From Anaeromyxobacter sp. (GTDB lineage Bacteria > Myxococcota > Myxococcia > Myxococcales > Anaeromyxobacteraceae), in NCBI GenBank assembly GCA_049840735.1, contig JASGJN010000022.1, positions 480,001 to 544,000 on the forward strand: a stretch of DNA of 64,000 bases, in the 5' to 3' direction. The position numbers and the translations under genes were made by a program. Positions 13,041 through 23,062 of the stretch are shown one piece after another; positions within the stretch are counted from its first letter, which is position 1; each line of letters begins with the position of its first letter. Below the pieces are notes generated by a model. The model was given only the letters and a program-made list of their open reading frames with translations, did no database searches and was not told the DNA's origin.

Positions 13041-13706
13041 CTACACGCCCACCTCGCCCGGATCCTCCCGCGCGGCGCGGTCGGCCAGCTGGTAGTCCCA
13101 GCCGAACAGGACCAGATCGGAGGTCTCCAGGGCCGAGAAGTCCGGCCGGGCGCCGCCAGGGCGGATCACCAGCACGGCGGTCATCACGCGGCGCGAGCCG
13201 GCCTTGCGGGCCACGGCGCGACCGCGCGCCAGGGTGGCGCCGCTGGAGGCCACGTCGTCCACCACCAGCACCCGCTTGCCGGTCAGGTCCGGCAGCTGTG
13301 GCAGCGGCGCGGACGGCTGCGGGTCGCGGCGCCGCTTGGCGATCCGCACCGGGTAGAAGTCGGCCTGCAGCGCGACCGCCAGCGCGGCGCCCACGAACAC
13401 GCCGCCCTTGGCGATGCCCACCACCACGTCCGGGCGGAAGCGGGCCGCGATCTGGCCGGCGAAGGTCTTCACCACCTCGCCGAAGGCGGCCCAGCCCAGC
13501 TCCTGGACGCCCTGCCGCGGGGCGCGCTTCATCCGCGCGGGCACCGCCAGCCGCTCCAGGGCGAAGCCGTCCGCCACGCCCATCCCCAGCGGCTGCTCGG
13601 CGCGGGGACGGGAGGGGGCGGCGCGCCTGCGGGGGGCGCCCCTGGCGGCGCGCCTGCGGGGCGCGGGGGCGCGGCGGGGAGCCTTCTTGCGCTTCGCGGT
13701 GCCGAT
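13041..13706 (-). CDS. Type I phosphoribosyltransferase (xanthine/hypoxanthine PRT-like); probable ATC start at 13706, alternative ATG at 13583
   Basis: VVVGIAKGG and the PRPP-binding loop VLVVDDVASSGATL; GGAGG sits 7 nt before an in-frame ATC. Confidence 0.85.
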   Translation of the reverse strand: MGTAKRKKAPRRAPAPRRRAARGAPRRRAAPSRPRAEQPLGMGVADGFALERLAVPARMKRAPRQGVQELGWAAFGEVVKTFAGQIAARFRPDVVVGIAKGGVFVGAALAVALQADFYPVRIAKRRRDPQPSAPLPQLPDLTGKRVLVVDDVASSGATLARGRAVARKAGSRRVMTAVLVIRPGGARPDFSALETSDLVLFGWDYQLADRAAREDPGEVGV

Positions 13707-13778
13707 GGCTGGTCCTCCGGTACGGCCGGGCGTGCGCCAGGCTCCCCGAATCTACCACGCCGCGAGGCCGCGCGCGGT

Positions 13779-14693
13779 CTAGCCCCCGGCGGCCTGCTCC
13801 CTCAGCCGGCGGGCGATCTCCCGGAGCTCGGCCTCGTCCACCACGTAGTGCTGCTGGCAGAACTCGCAGGTGACGGCCGCCTGCTTCTCGTTGGCCAGGA
13901 CCTCGTCGATCCCCTCCGGCCCCAGCGCCGACACCGCCACCCGCACCCGCTCCGGGCTGCAGCGGCACCGGTAGGCGACCTCCATGTCGGCCAGCAGCTC
14001 GAACCCCTCGCCGGCCACCTCGCGGATGATCTCCTGGGCCGAGCGCCCCTCGGCCAGCGCGCGGGGCAGGGCGCCCGCGGCGATCCGGGCGCGGGCCTCC
14101 TGCACGGCCTGGTCGTCGCCGTCCGGGAGGCGCTGGATGAGCAGCCCGGCCACCTCGGCCAGCGGCTCGCCGTCGCGCGCCACCACCGCCAGGTCGGCGG
14201 CGGTGGCCACCTGCTCGCTGGCGGTGATCCAGCGGCGCAGGTCCTCGCGCAGGTCGAAGGCCTCGAGCTTGACCGAGCTCTGGTAGAACTGCCCCTCGCC
14301 CTGGTCGCGCAGCACCGAGAGGATGCCGTCGCCGCCCAGCGCGGCGCGGGCGCCCTGGACCGGCTCGCCGGGGAAGTGGACCCGGGGGCTGCGGACGTAG
14401 CCGCGCACGTTCCCCTCGGCGTCGGCGTCGACGAACAGGCCGCGCAGCGGGCCGTCGCACTCCACCTGCAGGTTGATGCGGCCGCGCTCCTGCTTCTGGA
14501 GCGCGCCCAGCAGGGCGCCGGCCGCCAGCGCCTCGGCGAAGAGGTGGGCGCTGGTGGGGTAGAGCCCGTGGAGCACGCGGGCCATGCGGGCGAGGTCGCC
14601 GATGCGGACGAAGACGGCGCGCAGGCCGCGGTCGGCGAAGACGCCGCGGCAGAGCCGGTCGCCGCGCTCGGTGGGGTGGGCAGCAGAGGTCAT
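13779..14693 (-). CDS. hslO: Hsp33 redox-regulated chaperone
   Basis: INLQVECDGPLRGLFVDADAEGNVRGYV; zinc centre CRCS...CEFC. Confidence 0.95.
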   Translation of the reverse strand: MTSAAHPTERGDRLCRGVFADRGLRAVFVRIGDLARMARVLHGLYPTSAHLFAEALAAGALLGALQKQERGRINLQVECDGPLRGLFVDADAEGNVRGYVRSPRVHFPGEPVQGARAALGGDGILSVLRDQGEGQFYQSSVKLEAFDLREDLRRWITASEQVATAADLAVVARDGEPLAEVAGLLIQRLPDGDDQAVQEARARIAAGALPRALAEGRSAQEIIREVAGEGFELLADMEVAYRCRCSPERVRVAVSALGPEGIDEVLANEKQAAVTCEFCQQHYVVDEAELREIARRLREQAAGG

Positions 14694-14755
14694 GCGGGCG
14701 TGGATCTAGCCCGACTCGGCCGGCGCGCGCCACGGGGATCGCGCCGAGGGTACCC

Positions 14756-15325
14756 TCAGCCCGGCAGGACCGCCAGCAGCGCGAAGGCGAGCTGCATCAG
14801 CGGCGGCTCGGCCGCGCCGGCGTCGCCGAAGAGCTGGAGCGAGGCGCGGGCGGTCTGGGGGGTGGCCATGTTGACGCGCTGGCAGCCCACGTTGCCGTGG
14901 TACGGCTCCATGTTCTTGCGGTCGAGGTCGAGCGAGCAGGCGCCGAAGCGGCCGTGGAAGCGCTTGGGCTCGAGCTCGAGGTTCACCCGGGCGCCGAAGA
15001 AGAGCCCCTCCACGTGGATGAGGGTCTTCTTCTTGGTGACCTGCAGGCTGACGTTCGACCCGCGGATCCGGTCGCCCACCACCTCGAGGTCGACGTTCAT
15101 GCCGGCCAGGTCGCCGGCCCAGCTGCCGTTGTCGCGCCGCGACAGGTTGACGTTGGGCCCCACCACGCGGCGAACGTCGAAGGTCGCCCCGGCGCCGGTC
15201 GACCAGCCGAAGAAGCGCACCTCGCCGGTCGGCTCGTAGGGCTCCTCCTCCTGGGCGGCGGCGCCGCCGGCGTGGAGGAGGAAGGCCAGCGCGGCGAGGG
15301 CGGCGGCGAGCGGGGCAGGGCGCAT
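14756..15325 (-). CDS. Hypothetical secreted beta-rich protein
   Basis: Signal peptide MRPAPLAAALAALAFLLHAGGAAA|QEE; normal GC3-biased codons; fills the gap between co-oriented genes. Confidence 0.7.
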   Translation of the reverse strand: MRPAPLAAALAALAFLLHAGGAAAQEEEPYEPTGEVRFFGWSTGAGATFDVRRVVGPNVNLSRRDNGSWAGDLAGMNVDLEVVGDRIRGSNVSLQVTKKKTLIHVEGLFFGARVNLELEPKRFHGRFGACSLDLDRKNMEPYHGNVGCQRVNMATPQTARASLQLFGDAGAAEPPLMQLAFALLAVLPG

Positions 15326-15351
15326 GCCGGGATGATAGCGGCGCGCCCGGC

Positions 15352-16299
15352 TCACAACACGCTCCGGATCGTCTCGCGCAGGCCGTGGCGGGGGGACCAG
15401 CCGGCCTCCCGCGCGTAGCGGGAGCCGTCGACCACGCAGAGGTACTGGATGTGGTCCACCTCGTCCGGCGGGAACCCGATCAGGCGGGCGTCGAAGGCGC
15501 GGCGCATGAAGGCGCGCAGGAGCGGGTGGGGCACGGGCACGGGGGTGCGCCCCAGCTCGCGCAGCACCGCCGAGAGCGGCACCTCCCCGGGGCCGGTCAC
15601 GTTGAAGACGCCGCGCACGCCGGGCTGCAGCGCCAGCACCAGCGCGCGCCCCACGTCCTCCTCGTGGATGAGCTGCAGCATGGGGTCGAAGCCGAGCACG
15701 GTGATCGGCACCTCCAGCCGCAGGTAGTTGGCGGGCGCGTTGCGCACCGTGGGGCCCACGATGTTGACGGGACGGAGGATCACCGTCTCGACCTCGGGGT
15801 GCCGCCACATGAACGACTGGGCGTACATGTCCAGCTCGACCAGGTCGCGGACCTCGCCCCAGCGCCCCGCGCCCATGAGCGGCGTCTCCTCGGGCAGGAA
15901 GTTGGAGTTGTCCGGGCGCGGGCCGTAGACGTTGGCGGAGGAGAGCACCACCAGCTTCTTCACGCCGTGGCGCACGCACAGGTCGAGGATCTTGTGCGTG
16001 CCCAGCACGTTGAAGGAGTGGGCCTCGCTGAAGGGCATGCGCGGGTCGTGCATGATGCCCATGTGGATCAGGGCGTCCACGCGGCGCCGCCGGAAGGCCT
16101 CCTCCACGCGCGCCTTGCGGATGTCCACCTGGTGGTGGTCGATGTCCTTGGGCTTGCCGCGGAACGGCCGGCGGTCGAGCCCGACCACGCGCGCCTCGGT
16201 GTGGAGCTGCTTCGCCACCACGCGCCCCAGGTTGCCGGAGATCCCGGTGACCAGGACGGTGCGCGGCATGCCGGGGAAGGAGACGGGCGCGAGGGGCAT
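15352..16299 (-). CDS. NAD-dependent epimerase/dehydratase family protein
   Basis: VLVTGISGNLG Rossmann motif, NVLGT, LSSANVYG, ILRPVNIVGP; start may be 16269. Confidence 0.9.
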   Translation of the reverse strand: MPLAPVSFPGMPRTVLVTGISGNLGRVVAKQLHTEARVVGLDRRPFRGKPKDIDHHQVDIRKARVEEAFRRRRVDALIHMGIMHDPRMPFSEAHSFNVLGTHKILDLCVRHGVKKLVVLSSANVYGPRPDNSNFLPEETPLMGAGRWGEVRDLVELDMYAQSFMWRHPEVETVILRPVNIVGPTVRNAPANYLRLEVPITVLGFDPMLQLIHEEDVGRALVLALQPGVRGVFNVTGPGEVPLSAVLRELGRTPVPVPHPLLRAFMRRAFDARLIGFPPDEVDHIQYLCVVDGSRYAREAGWSPRHGLRETIRSVL

Positions 16300-16308
16300 C
16301 TCGGCGGC

Positions 16309-17163
16309 TCACCAGTAGACGTGCTTGCGCTCCGCCAGGCCGCGCGCCAGCAGGGCGCGGACGGCGTCCTCGACCTGGGCCACCTTGCGCTCGAGCTCGG
16401 CGTCGTCCTCGTCCGGCGAGCCCTGGAACTGCAGCGGCTCGCCGAAGAGGATGTGGTAGCGGGCGGGGAGGGGCAGCGGGAGCAGGGTGGGGGTGATGGG
16501 GAAGGCGGGGAAGGAGAGCAGGCGGGCCAGCGGCTTGAGGTCCAGCAGGGCCGGCGCCTGCTCCTCGGCCCCCACCACGCCGATGGGGACGATGGGCGCG
16601 CCCGACTCGAGCGCCAGCCGCATGAAGCCGTGGCCGAACCGCTGCAGCTGGTAGCGCTCGCTGTAGGGCTTGTTGAGGCCGCGGACGCCCTCCGGGAAGA
16701 CCAGCAGCGCCTCGTCGGCGGCCAGCAGGCGGCGGCAGTTCTCCGGCGTGCCCACCACCTGCCCACACCGGGCCATGAAGGTGGACACGAAGGGCAGCGT
16801 GGGGACCCACTTCTCCATCAGCGCGCGGACCGCGCGCGGCGGGTCGCGGTCGATCAGGCAGGCGACCTCGATCATGGCCGCGTCGAAGGGGAGCTGGCCG
16901 GAGTGGTTCGCCACCAGGAGCACCCGCCCCTCGGGCGCCAGGTGCTCGATGCCGGACAGCTGCACGCGGAAATACTTGCGGTAGAGCCAGATCAGCGGCG
17001 CCGCGGCCGCCAGGGCGAACTCGACGTCGAAGCCGTAGGGATCGACGCCGTACTCGTTGCGCGGCGGCGTGAGCTTCTCCAGCCGGGCGCGCGTGCCGGG
17101 GCCGCCCAGCGCGTAGGTCCACGCGCGCAGCCGTTCCTTCAAGGCCTCCGACAGCTCCGCCAT
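16309..17163 (-). CDS. Lysophospholipid/glycerol acyltransferase (PlsC-like)
   Basis: LLVANHSGQLPFD (HxxxxD-like), LVFPEGVRG, GFMRLALESGAPIVP. Confidence 0.92.
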   Translation of the reverse strand: MAELSEALKERLRAWTYALGGPGTRARLEKLTPPRNEYGVDPYGFDVEFALAAAAPLIWLYRKYFRVQLSGIEHLAPEGRVLLVANHSGQLPFDAAMIEVACLIDRDPPRAVRALMEKWVPTLPFVSTFMARCGQVVGTPENCRRLLAADEALLVFPEGVRGLNKPYSERYQLQRFGHGFMRLALESGAPIVPIGVVGAEEQAPALLDLKPLARLLSFPAFPITPTLLPLPLPARYHILFGEPLQFQGSPDEDDAELERKVAQVEDAVRALLARGLAERKHVYW

Positions 17164-17318
17164 CCACACACCTGTAGCACGCGACCCGCCCGGTCCGCGT
17201 TCCCTGGCGGGCCGCGGCGGGGGCCGCTTGCTCCTCGGCTTGTCCCTGTCGGGAGCGCAGTGATACCCTGCCGCAACATCAGGAGAATTTCCCTCCTCAG
17301 CCAGGAGCGCGGATTCTC

Positions 17319-20300
17319 ATGAAGGTCGTCTGCCCGCACTGCAGCGCCGCCTACAACCTCGACGACGCGAAGGTGCCCGCGACCGGGGCGAAGGTGCGGT
17401 GCAAGAAGTGCCAGACCTCGTTCCCGGTCCGGCACGAGGCCGCCGCGCCGGCCGAGGCCGAGCCCGGCGCCGTGCCGCTCCCGGGCCACGCCGGCGCCAT
17501 CGCGCCGCCGCCCCCGGGTGCGTTCGCGCCCGGCCCGGGCATCCCGCTGCCGGCCGCGCCCGGCCCGGGCGTCCCCCTGCCGCCCTCGGCCGGGCCAGGC
17601 ATCCCGCTGCCGCCGCCGCCCGGCCGGGCCGGCCCCGCCGCCGCCGGCGTGCCGCTCCCTGCCCCAGGCTTCCCCGGCTCGCCCTTCGAGGCCGCCTCGC
17701 CGTTCGCGGCCGCCTCGCCGTTCGCGGCGGCGCCGGCCCCGGTGCCGGATCCGTTCGGCGCCGCGCCCGCCCCCTTCGAGCAGGCGGGCAGCCCCTTCGG
17801 CGCCCCGGCCGCGCCCGAGTCGCCCTTCGCCGCCGCGCCGGGGCCGTTCGACGGCGCCCCCGCAGCGTTCACGGGTGGTGCGTCTCCATTCGACGCGGCC
17901 CAGGCGCCCTTCGGCGGTGACGTCCCGTTCGCCGAGCCGGACGCCGGCCCGGGCGTGGTGCAGGACCCCTTCGCCGCCGGGCCGATCTCCGGCGGCGACG
18001 ATTTGCTGCCGCCGCCCGAGTCGTCGGCGCCACCCGCCCAGCCGCTCGGGTTCGGCGAGGTGGACCTGGGCGGCGACGCGCCCTTCCCGGCGCCCGCCGC
18101 CGGCCCGGTCCCCGATCCCTTCGGATCCCCGGCGGCGCCGGTCATGCACCCGCCCCAGCCCGGGGACGAGAACCTCGAGATGCTCTTCGGCGAGCCGGGG
18201 TCGGAGCCCGCCAGGAAGCCCGCGGCGTCGCGCGGCGCCGGGTACAAGGTCCGCCGCCGCTCGGGCAAGGTGTTCGGCCCGTTCACCGAGGCGCAGATCG
18301 TCGAGATGCTCACCAAGGGTGAGCTGCTCGGCAACGAGGACGTCTCCGCGGCCGACGACAGCTACCAGCCCATCGGCGCCTTCCCCGCCTTCTCCGAGGC
18401 CCTGCGCCAGGCCGTGGCCGAGGAGCCGGCCGCGGCCCGGCCCTCCGCGCCGGTGATCTTCGGCGACCGCATGGCGGCCGCGAAGGTGGTCGAGGGCGAC
18501 GAGCCGCGGCAGCGGCCCGCCTGGCTCAAGCCGGTGCTGATCGGCGTGGCCGCGCTGGCGCTCCTGGCCGTGGTGGGGGGCGGTGGCTGGCTGGCGTTCA
18601 CGAGGCTCTTTCGGCACGGCGACGCCGCCGCGGCCCAGCGGGCCATGACCGAGGCCCGCGCCGCGGCCGCCAAGGGCGAGTTCGCCTCCGACCGCGCCGC
18701 GCTTGACGCGGCCGCACGCGCCGTGAAGGCCGATCCCGGCTCGGCCGAGGCGGCCGCGCTCCACGCCATGCTGGTCGCCGCGCTGGAGCTCGGGCACGGC
18801 GCCCCGCCCGACGCGCTGGACCAGGCCCGCAAGGCCGCCGCCCGCCTCGAGGAGGACGCGAAGGGCGAGGTCCCGGCCCTGGCCGCGCGGCTGGCGGTCA
18901 CGCTCTGCGACGACCCCACCGCCACGGCGGCGCAGGAGGGGGCGCTGGAGGCGGCCACCGTCAAGGTCAAGCCCGACGCCGAGGTGCTGGCGCTGCTGGC
19001 CCGCGCCGGCCTGGCCCGGCGCGACGCGTCCAAGGCGGCGGCCCGCTTCGCCAAGCTGACCTCGCAGGAGAAGGGGCCGCGCGGCCCGCTGGGCGCGGCG
19101 CGCGCGGCGCTGCTCAAGGGCGACGCCGCGGGCGCCCGCACGGCGCTGGACGCCGCGCTGGCGCGCGCGCCGGAGCTGCCGGCCGCCGACCTCGAGCTGG
19201 CGGCCATGGCCCTGGCCGGCGGCGACGTGGCCGACGCGCAGGCGCGGCTGGAGCGGGTGACCGCGCCGGCCGCCAAGGCGCGGGTGTCCCCCGCCGACCG
19301 CGCGCGGGCGCTGGGGCTGCAGGGGCTGCTGGCGGCCCGCGACCCGGCCCGCACCGCCGACGCGGCCCGCCTGCTGGAGGAGGCGGTGGCCGCCGACGGC
19401 CGGCTGGCCCAGCCGCGCGTGCTGCTGGCGCTCTTCAAGCTGCGGCGCGGCGACGCCGTCGGCGCCGTCAAGGCCACCGAGGGCGTGACCGGCCCGGCCG
19501 CAGACGACCCGGCGCTGGTGGCGGTCCGGATCCGCGCGCTGGCCGCCGCGGGCAAGGCGCTCGAGTCCTCCAAGCTGGCCGAGAAGGCGCTGGCCAGGAC
19601 GCCGGGCGACACCGGGATCCGCCTGGCGCAGGCCGCGGCGCTGGCCGGCATCGGCAAGGCCGAGGAGGCCAAGGGGATCTACGGCGAGCTGAGCAAGAAG
19701 GACGGCGGCGGGGTCGAGGCCCGGGTGCAGCTGGCCCTGCTGGCCATGCAGTCGGGCAACCTGGGCGCCGCCGGCGAGCTGCTCCAGGCGGCGGTGGAGA
19801 AGGACCCGCGCGACGCGGGGGCCCAGGCCGCGCTGGGCGATCTGCGCCGCAAGCAGGACGACGCGGCCGGCGCCGAGGGCGCCTACCGGCGCGCGCTGGA
19901 GCTCGACCCGACCTACGCGCCGGCCGAGGCCGGCCTGGCCGCCCTGGCCATCGCGAGGGGCGACGCCGGCGCCGCCAAGGCCAGCCTGGCCCGCGCGCTC
20001 GCCATCGACCCGCGCAACGTCGAGGTGCTGGTGCAGCAGGGCACGCTGCAGTGGCGCGACGGCGAGCGGGACGGCGCGCGGAGCTCGTTCGAGGCCGCGG
20101 TGGAGCAGCAGCCGCGCCACGCCCTGGCGCTGTCGCGGCTGGGCGCGGTGCTGCTCGAGCAGGACCGGACCGAGGACGCGGTGAAGCGGCTCAGCGCCGC
20201 CGTGAACGAGGACGCCCGGCTGGCCGAGGCGCGGCTGTGGCTGGGGCGGGCGCTGCTGGCGCACGGCGAGACGCAGCCGGCCATCGCGGCGCTGGAGAAG

Positions 20301-20918
20301 GCGGTGGAGCTCGCGCCGCAGCTGCCGGAGTACCACGTGGCGCTGGGGCTGGCGCGCGAGAAGGCCAACGCCCTGCAGGACGCCCTGGAGGCCTACAAGG
20401 CCGGCGCGACCGCCGCCGCCGCGCTGCCGGCCGGGCCGGACCGCGAGGCGTCGATCACCGAGGCGCAGGAGCGGCTGGGGCTGCTCTACGCCGCCAACAG
20501 CCGCTGCGACCTGGCCGTCCCGGCCTACGAGAAGGCGCTGCAGGCCTCCCCGTCGGCGGCGCGGCTGCGGCTGGCGCTGGGCGAGTGCAAGGCCAAGCTG
20601 GGCAAGCACGACGAGGCCATCGCGCTCTACCGCGGCGCCATGAAGGCCGACCCCAGCCTGGTGAAGGTCTACTACCTCGTGGCGCGCTCCACGCATGAGT
20701 CCAGGGGCGCCCGCGCCGCGCAGGAGTGGTACGAGCGGGCGGCCAAGGAGGAGAAGGAGAACCCCATGCCGCACTACTACCTGGGGTTCTCCTGCAAGGA
20801 GCGCGGCCAGCGGGCGCTGGCGGTGCAGCACTTCAAGGCCTTCCTCCAGCTCAAGCCCGACGCGCCCGAGCGCAAGGACATCGAGGCGGAGATCGAGGAT
20901 CTGGGCGGGACGCCGTAG
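17319..20918 (+). CDS. Zinc-ribbon, Pro-rich linker, GYF-like, transmembrane, TPR-repeat protein
   Basis: CPHC...VRCKKCQTSF ribbon; GKVFGPFTEAQIVEMLTKGEL GYF_2-like segment; one hydrophobic helix; many TPRs (YRRALELDP, LEKAVELAP). Confidence 0.9.
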   Translation: MKVVCPHCSAAYNLDDAKVPATGAKVRCKKCQTSFPVRHEAAAPAEAEPGAVPLPGHAGAIAPPPPGAFAPGPGIPLPAAPGPGVPLPPSAGPGIPLPPPPGRAGPAAAGVPLPAPGFPGSPFEAASPFAAASPFAAAPAPVPDPFGAAPAPFEQAGSPFGAPAAPESPFAAAPGPFDGAPAAFTGGASPFDAAQAPFGGDVPFAEPDAGPGVVQDPFAAGPISGGDDLLPPPESSAPPAQPLGFGEVDLGGDAPFPAPAAGPVPDPFGSPAAPVMHPPQPGDENLEMLFGEPGSEPARKPAASRGAGYKVRRRSGKVFGPFTEAQIVEMLTKGELLGNEDVSAADDSYQPIGAFPAFSEALRQAVAEEPAAARPSAPVIFGDRMAAAKVVEGDEPRQRPAWLKPVLIGVAALALLAVVGGGGWLAFTRLFRHGDAAAAQRAMTEARAAAAKGEFASDRAALDAAARAVKADPGSAEAAALHAMLVAALELGHGAPPDALDQARKAAARLEEDAKGEVPALAARLAVTLCDDPTATAAQEGALEAATVKVKPDAEVLALLARAGLARRDASKAAARFAKLTSQEKGPRGPLGAARAALLKGDAAGARTALDAALARAPELPAADLELAAMALAGGDVADAQARLERVTAPAAKARVSPADRARALGLQGLLAARDPARTADAARLLEEAVAADGRLAQPRVLLALFKLRRGDAVGAVKATEGVTGPAADDPALVAVRIRALAAAGKALESSKLAEKALARTPGDTGIRLAQAAALAGIGKAEEAKGIYGELSKKDGGGVEARVQLALLAMQSGNLGAAGELLQAAVEKDPRDAGAQAALGDLRRKQDDAAGAEGAYRRALELDPTYAPAEAGLAALAIARGDAGAAKASLARALAIDPRNVEVLVQQGTLQWRDGERDGARSSFEAAVEQQPRHALALSRLGAVLLEQDRTEDAVKRLSAAVNEDARLAEARLWLGRALLAHGETQPAIAALEKAVELAPQLPEYHVALGLAREKANALQDALEAYKAGATAAAALPAGPDREASITEAQERLGLLYAANSRCDLAVPAYEKALQASPSAARLRLALGECKAKLGKHDEAIALYRGAMKADPSLVKVYYLVARSTHESRGARAAQEWYERAAKEEKENPMPHYYLGFSCKERGQRALAVQHFKAFLQLKPDAPERKDIEAEIEDLGGTP

Positions 20919-21095
20919 ATCCGGCTGGTTGCAGCGTAAATCAGCGTGCCCGGCACCGCGCCCCGCGAGGGTCAGCGGGCCGGGCCATCCCGCCGCAGCC
21001 CCTCGCGAGCGCTGTCACGTGAAGCCCGGACGCTACTCCCTCCGGTGAGGGGCCGCGGCCGCATTTCACGTTGACACCGCGAGGTCCTCGCCGTA

Positions 21096-21124
21096 GTGGA
21101 TAGTCCGCGATGCGGAATATCCAC
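21096..21124. promoter_or_regulatory. Palindromic operator overlapping the MarR start codon
   Basis: gtggata-g-tccgc-gat-gcgga-a-tatccac; TTGACA at 21071-21076 just upstream. Confidence 0.7.
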
Positions 21125-21607
21125 AAAGGTGAGAGCCCGGTCGAGGCCCAGGCGCGCCGCGTCCATGCGCTCATGGTCCAGCTCTCCCGGCACCGCTCGC
21201 TGCGGAATCCCATCGCCGCCAGCTGCGAGGATCTCGGCCTGACCCCCGCCCAAATCCACCTCCTGCTCTGGCTCGGCACCGACGGCCCGCAGGCCATGGG
21301 CGAGCTGGCCCGCCGGGTGGCGGTGACGGAGAAGACCATCACCGGGATCGTCGACCGCCTGGAGCGCGACGGCCTGGTGCAGCGGGTGCGGGATCCGGAC
21401 GACCGGCGCGTGGTGCGGGTCGAGCTGGCCGCGCGGGGGAAGGAGCTCTTCCGCCGAGTGGACGCCGAGATCGGCGCCAAGCTGGTCGCGTTCCTGCAAC
21501 TCATCGACGCGCCCGACCGCCGGGACCTGATCCGAATTCTTGAGAAGCTGGATGCGCGCCTCACCGCGCGTGCCCTGGAGCGCCGCGAGGCGACGGAGAA
21601 CACATGA
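21110..21607 (+). CDS. MarR-family transcriptional regulator
   Basis: GLTPAQIHLL, MGELARRVAVTEKTITGIVDRLERDGLVQRVRDPDDRR. Confidence 0.93.
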   Translation: MRNIHKGESPVEAQARRVHALMVQLSRHRSLRNPIAASCEDLGLTPAQIHLLLWLGTDGPQAMGELARRVAVTEKTITGIVDRLERDGLVQRVRDPDDRRVVRVELAARGKELFRRVDAEIGAKLVAFLQLIDAPDRRDLIRILEKLDARLTARALERREATENT

Positions 21608-22972
21608 GCCCGATCACCCTGGTGCTTGCGCTGTCCCTGGCGCAGGCGCAGCAGAATGCCCCCCAGCCCGCCGCCCCGGCGGCCGCCCCCGCGACCCAGG
21701 CCGCGCCCGTCGCCCAGGGCGCGCCCACGCCGCTCAAGGCGGCCGGCCCGGTCATCACCATCCAGGAGGCCATCGCGCAGGCGCGCCAGCAGAACCTCGA
21801 CCTCAAGTCGAATCGCCGCGCAGGTGAAGCAGGCCGACGAGATCTCCTGGAAGGCCTGGTCCCTCTACCTGCCGCAGATCACCGCGGGCGGCTCGTACAC
21901 GCACCAGGAGGAGGTCTCGCTGGTGTTCGTGCCCGGCACCTCCGCCATCGAGCTGCAGAAGGGCGACCTGCTGGGTGCGCAGGTCAACGTGACGCAGATG
22001 CTGCTCTCTCCCCAGCTCTTCTTCGCAGGCCGCAGCGCCAGCGCCACCGAGGACGCCACGCAGCTCCTGCTGGAGGACGGCCGGCGGGCGGTGCTGTTCG
22101 GCGTCGCCCGCGCCTACTACGGCGCGGCCGCGCTCCGCGAGGCCATGGGCGTCTCGGAGCGGCTGCTGGAGATCGCGCAGCGGCAGGAGAAGGACGCGCG
22201 GGTCCGGTACAACGCCGGCGCCATCGCCAAGGTGGCGCTGCTGCGGGCCGAGATCGACCGGGCCCGGGCGGAGCAGGACCTGAAGCGCGCCCAGAACTCC
22301 TACCTGTCCGCCAAGGTGGCGCTCGCCACGCTGCTGAACCGTGACGCCGCCTTCGAGGTCGCGCCGCCGCCGGAGCCGCCGCTCGCCACCACCGACCGGG
22401 AGCCGCTGGTGAAGCAGGCGCTGGAGTCCCGCCCGGACCTCAAGGCCAGCCGCGTGCAGATCACGGCCGAGGAGCAGAACCGGAACGCCGCCTGGGGCCG
22501 CTACCTGCCGGACATCGCGGCCTTCGGGAAGTACCAGTGGGCCAACACCGAGGGGCTCACCGGCAAGGAGGACCAGTGGCTGGGCGGCATCCAGGCCCAG
22601 TGGACCATCCTCGACGGCTTCCGCCGCGAGTCCGACATCCGCGAGCGCAACGCGCGCATCGTGGACGCGCGCGCCAAGTCCGAGGCGGCCGACCTGCGCG
22701 TCCGGCAGGACGTGGAGCAGGCGCTCCTCGACCTGGACAGCGCCCGCGCCAACGCCGCCAAGGCCAAGGAGCAGCGCGACCTGGCGGCCGAGAACCAGCG
22801 GCTGGTGGACGTGGCCTACCGCGCCGGGACCGCCACCGCGGTGGAGCAGGCCGACGCGACCGCCCAGCTCCGCAACGCCGAGATCGCCGTGGTCACCGAG
22901 ACGCTCAACGCCCAGCTGGCGGCCGTCCAGGTGCTGAACGTGGTCGGCGTCTTCGAGCCCGGCGCGAAGTAG
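21604..22972 (+). CDS. TolC-family outer membrane efflux protein (frameshift at ~21810)
   Basis: Signal peptide, ITIQEAIAQARQQNLDL, then second frame YLPQITAGGSY...RYNAGAIAKVALLRAE...AYRAGTATAVE; ATGA overlap with marR. Confidence 0.88.
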
Positions 22973-23062
22973 CCGGCGGTTCGCCGCCCTGCGCGGGGCG
23001 CTGCCCGCATCCCGCGATGGCCGGGAGTGGCTCGAGCCGCTCCCGGCCATTAGCGTTCGCGC

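Noticed and set aside
20960..21010. Hairpin between the TPR gene and marR as tRNA-Sec or a riboswitch
   Set aside because: A single GC-rich stem with no cloverleaf, TTC loop or recognisable aptamer motif.
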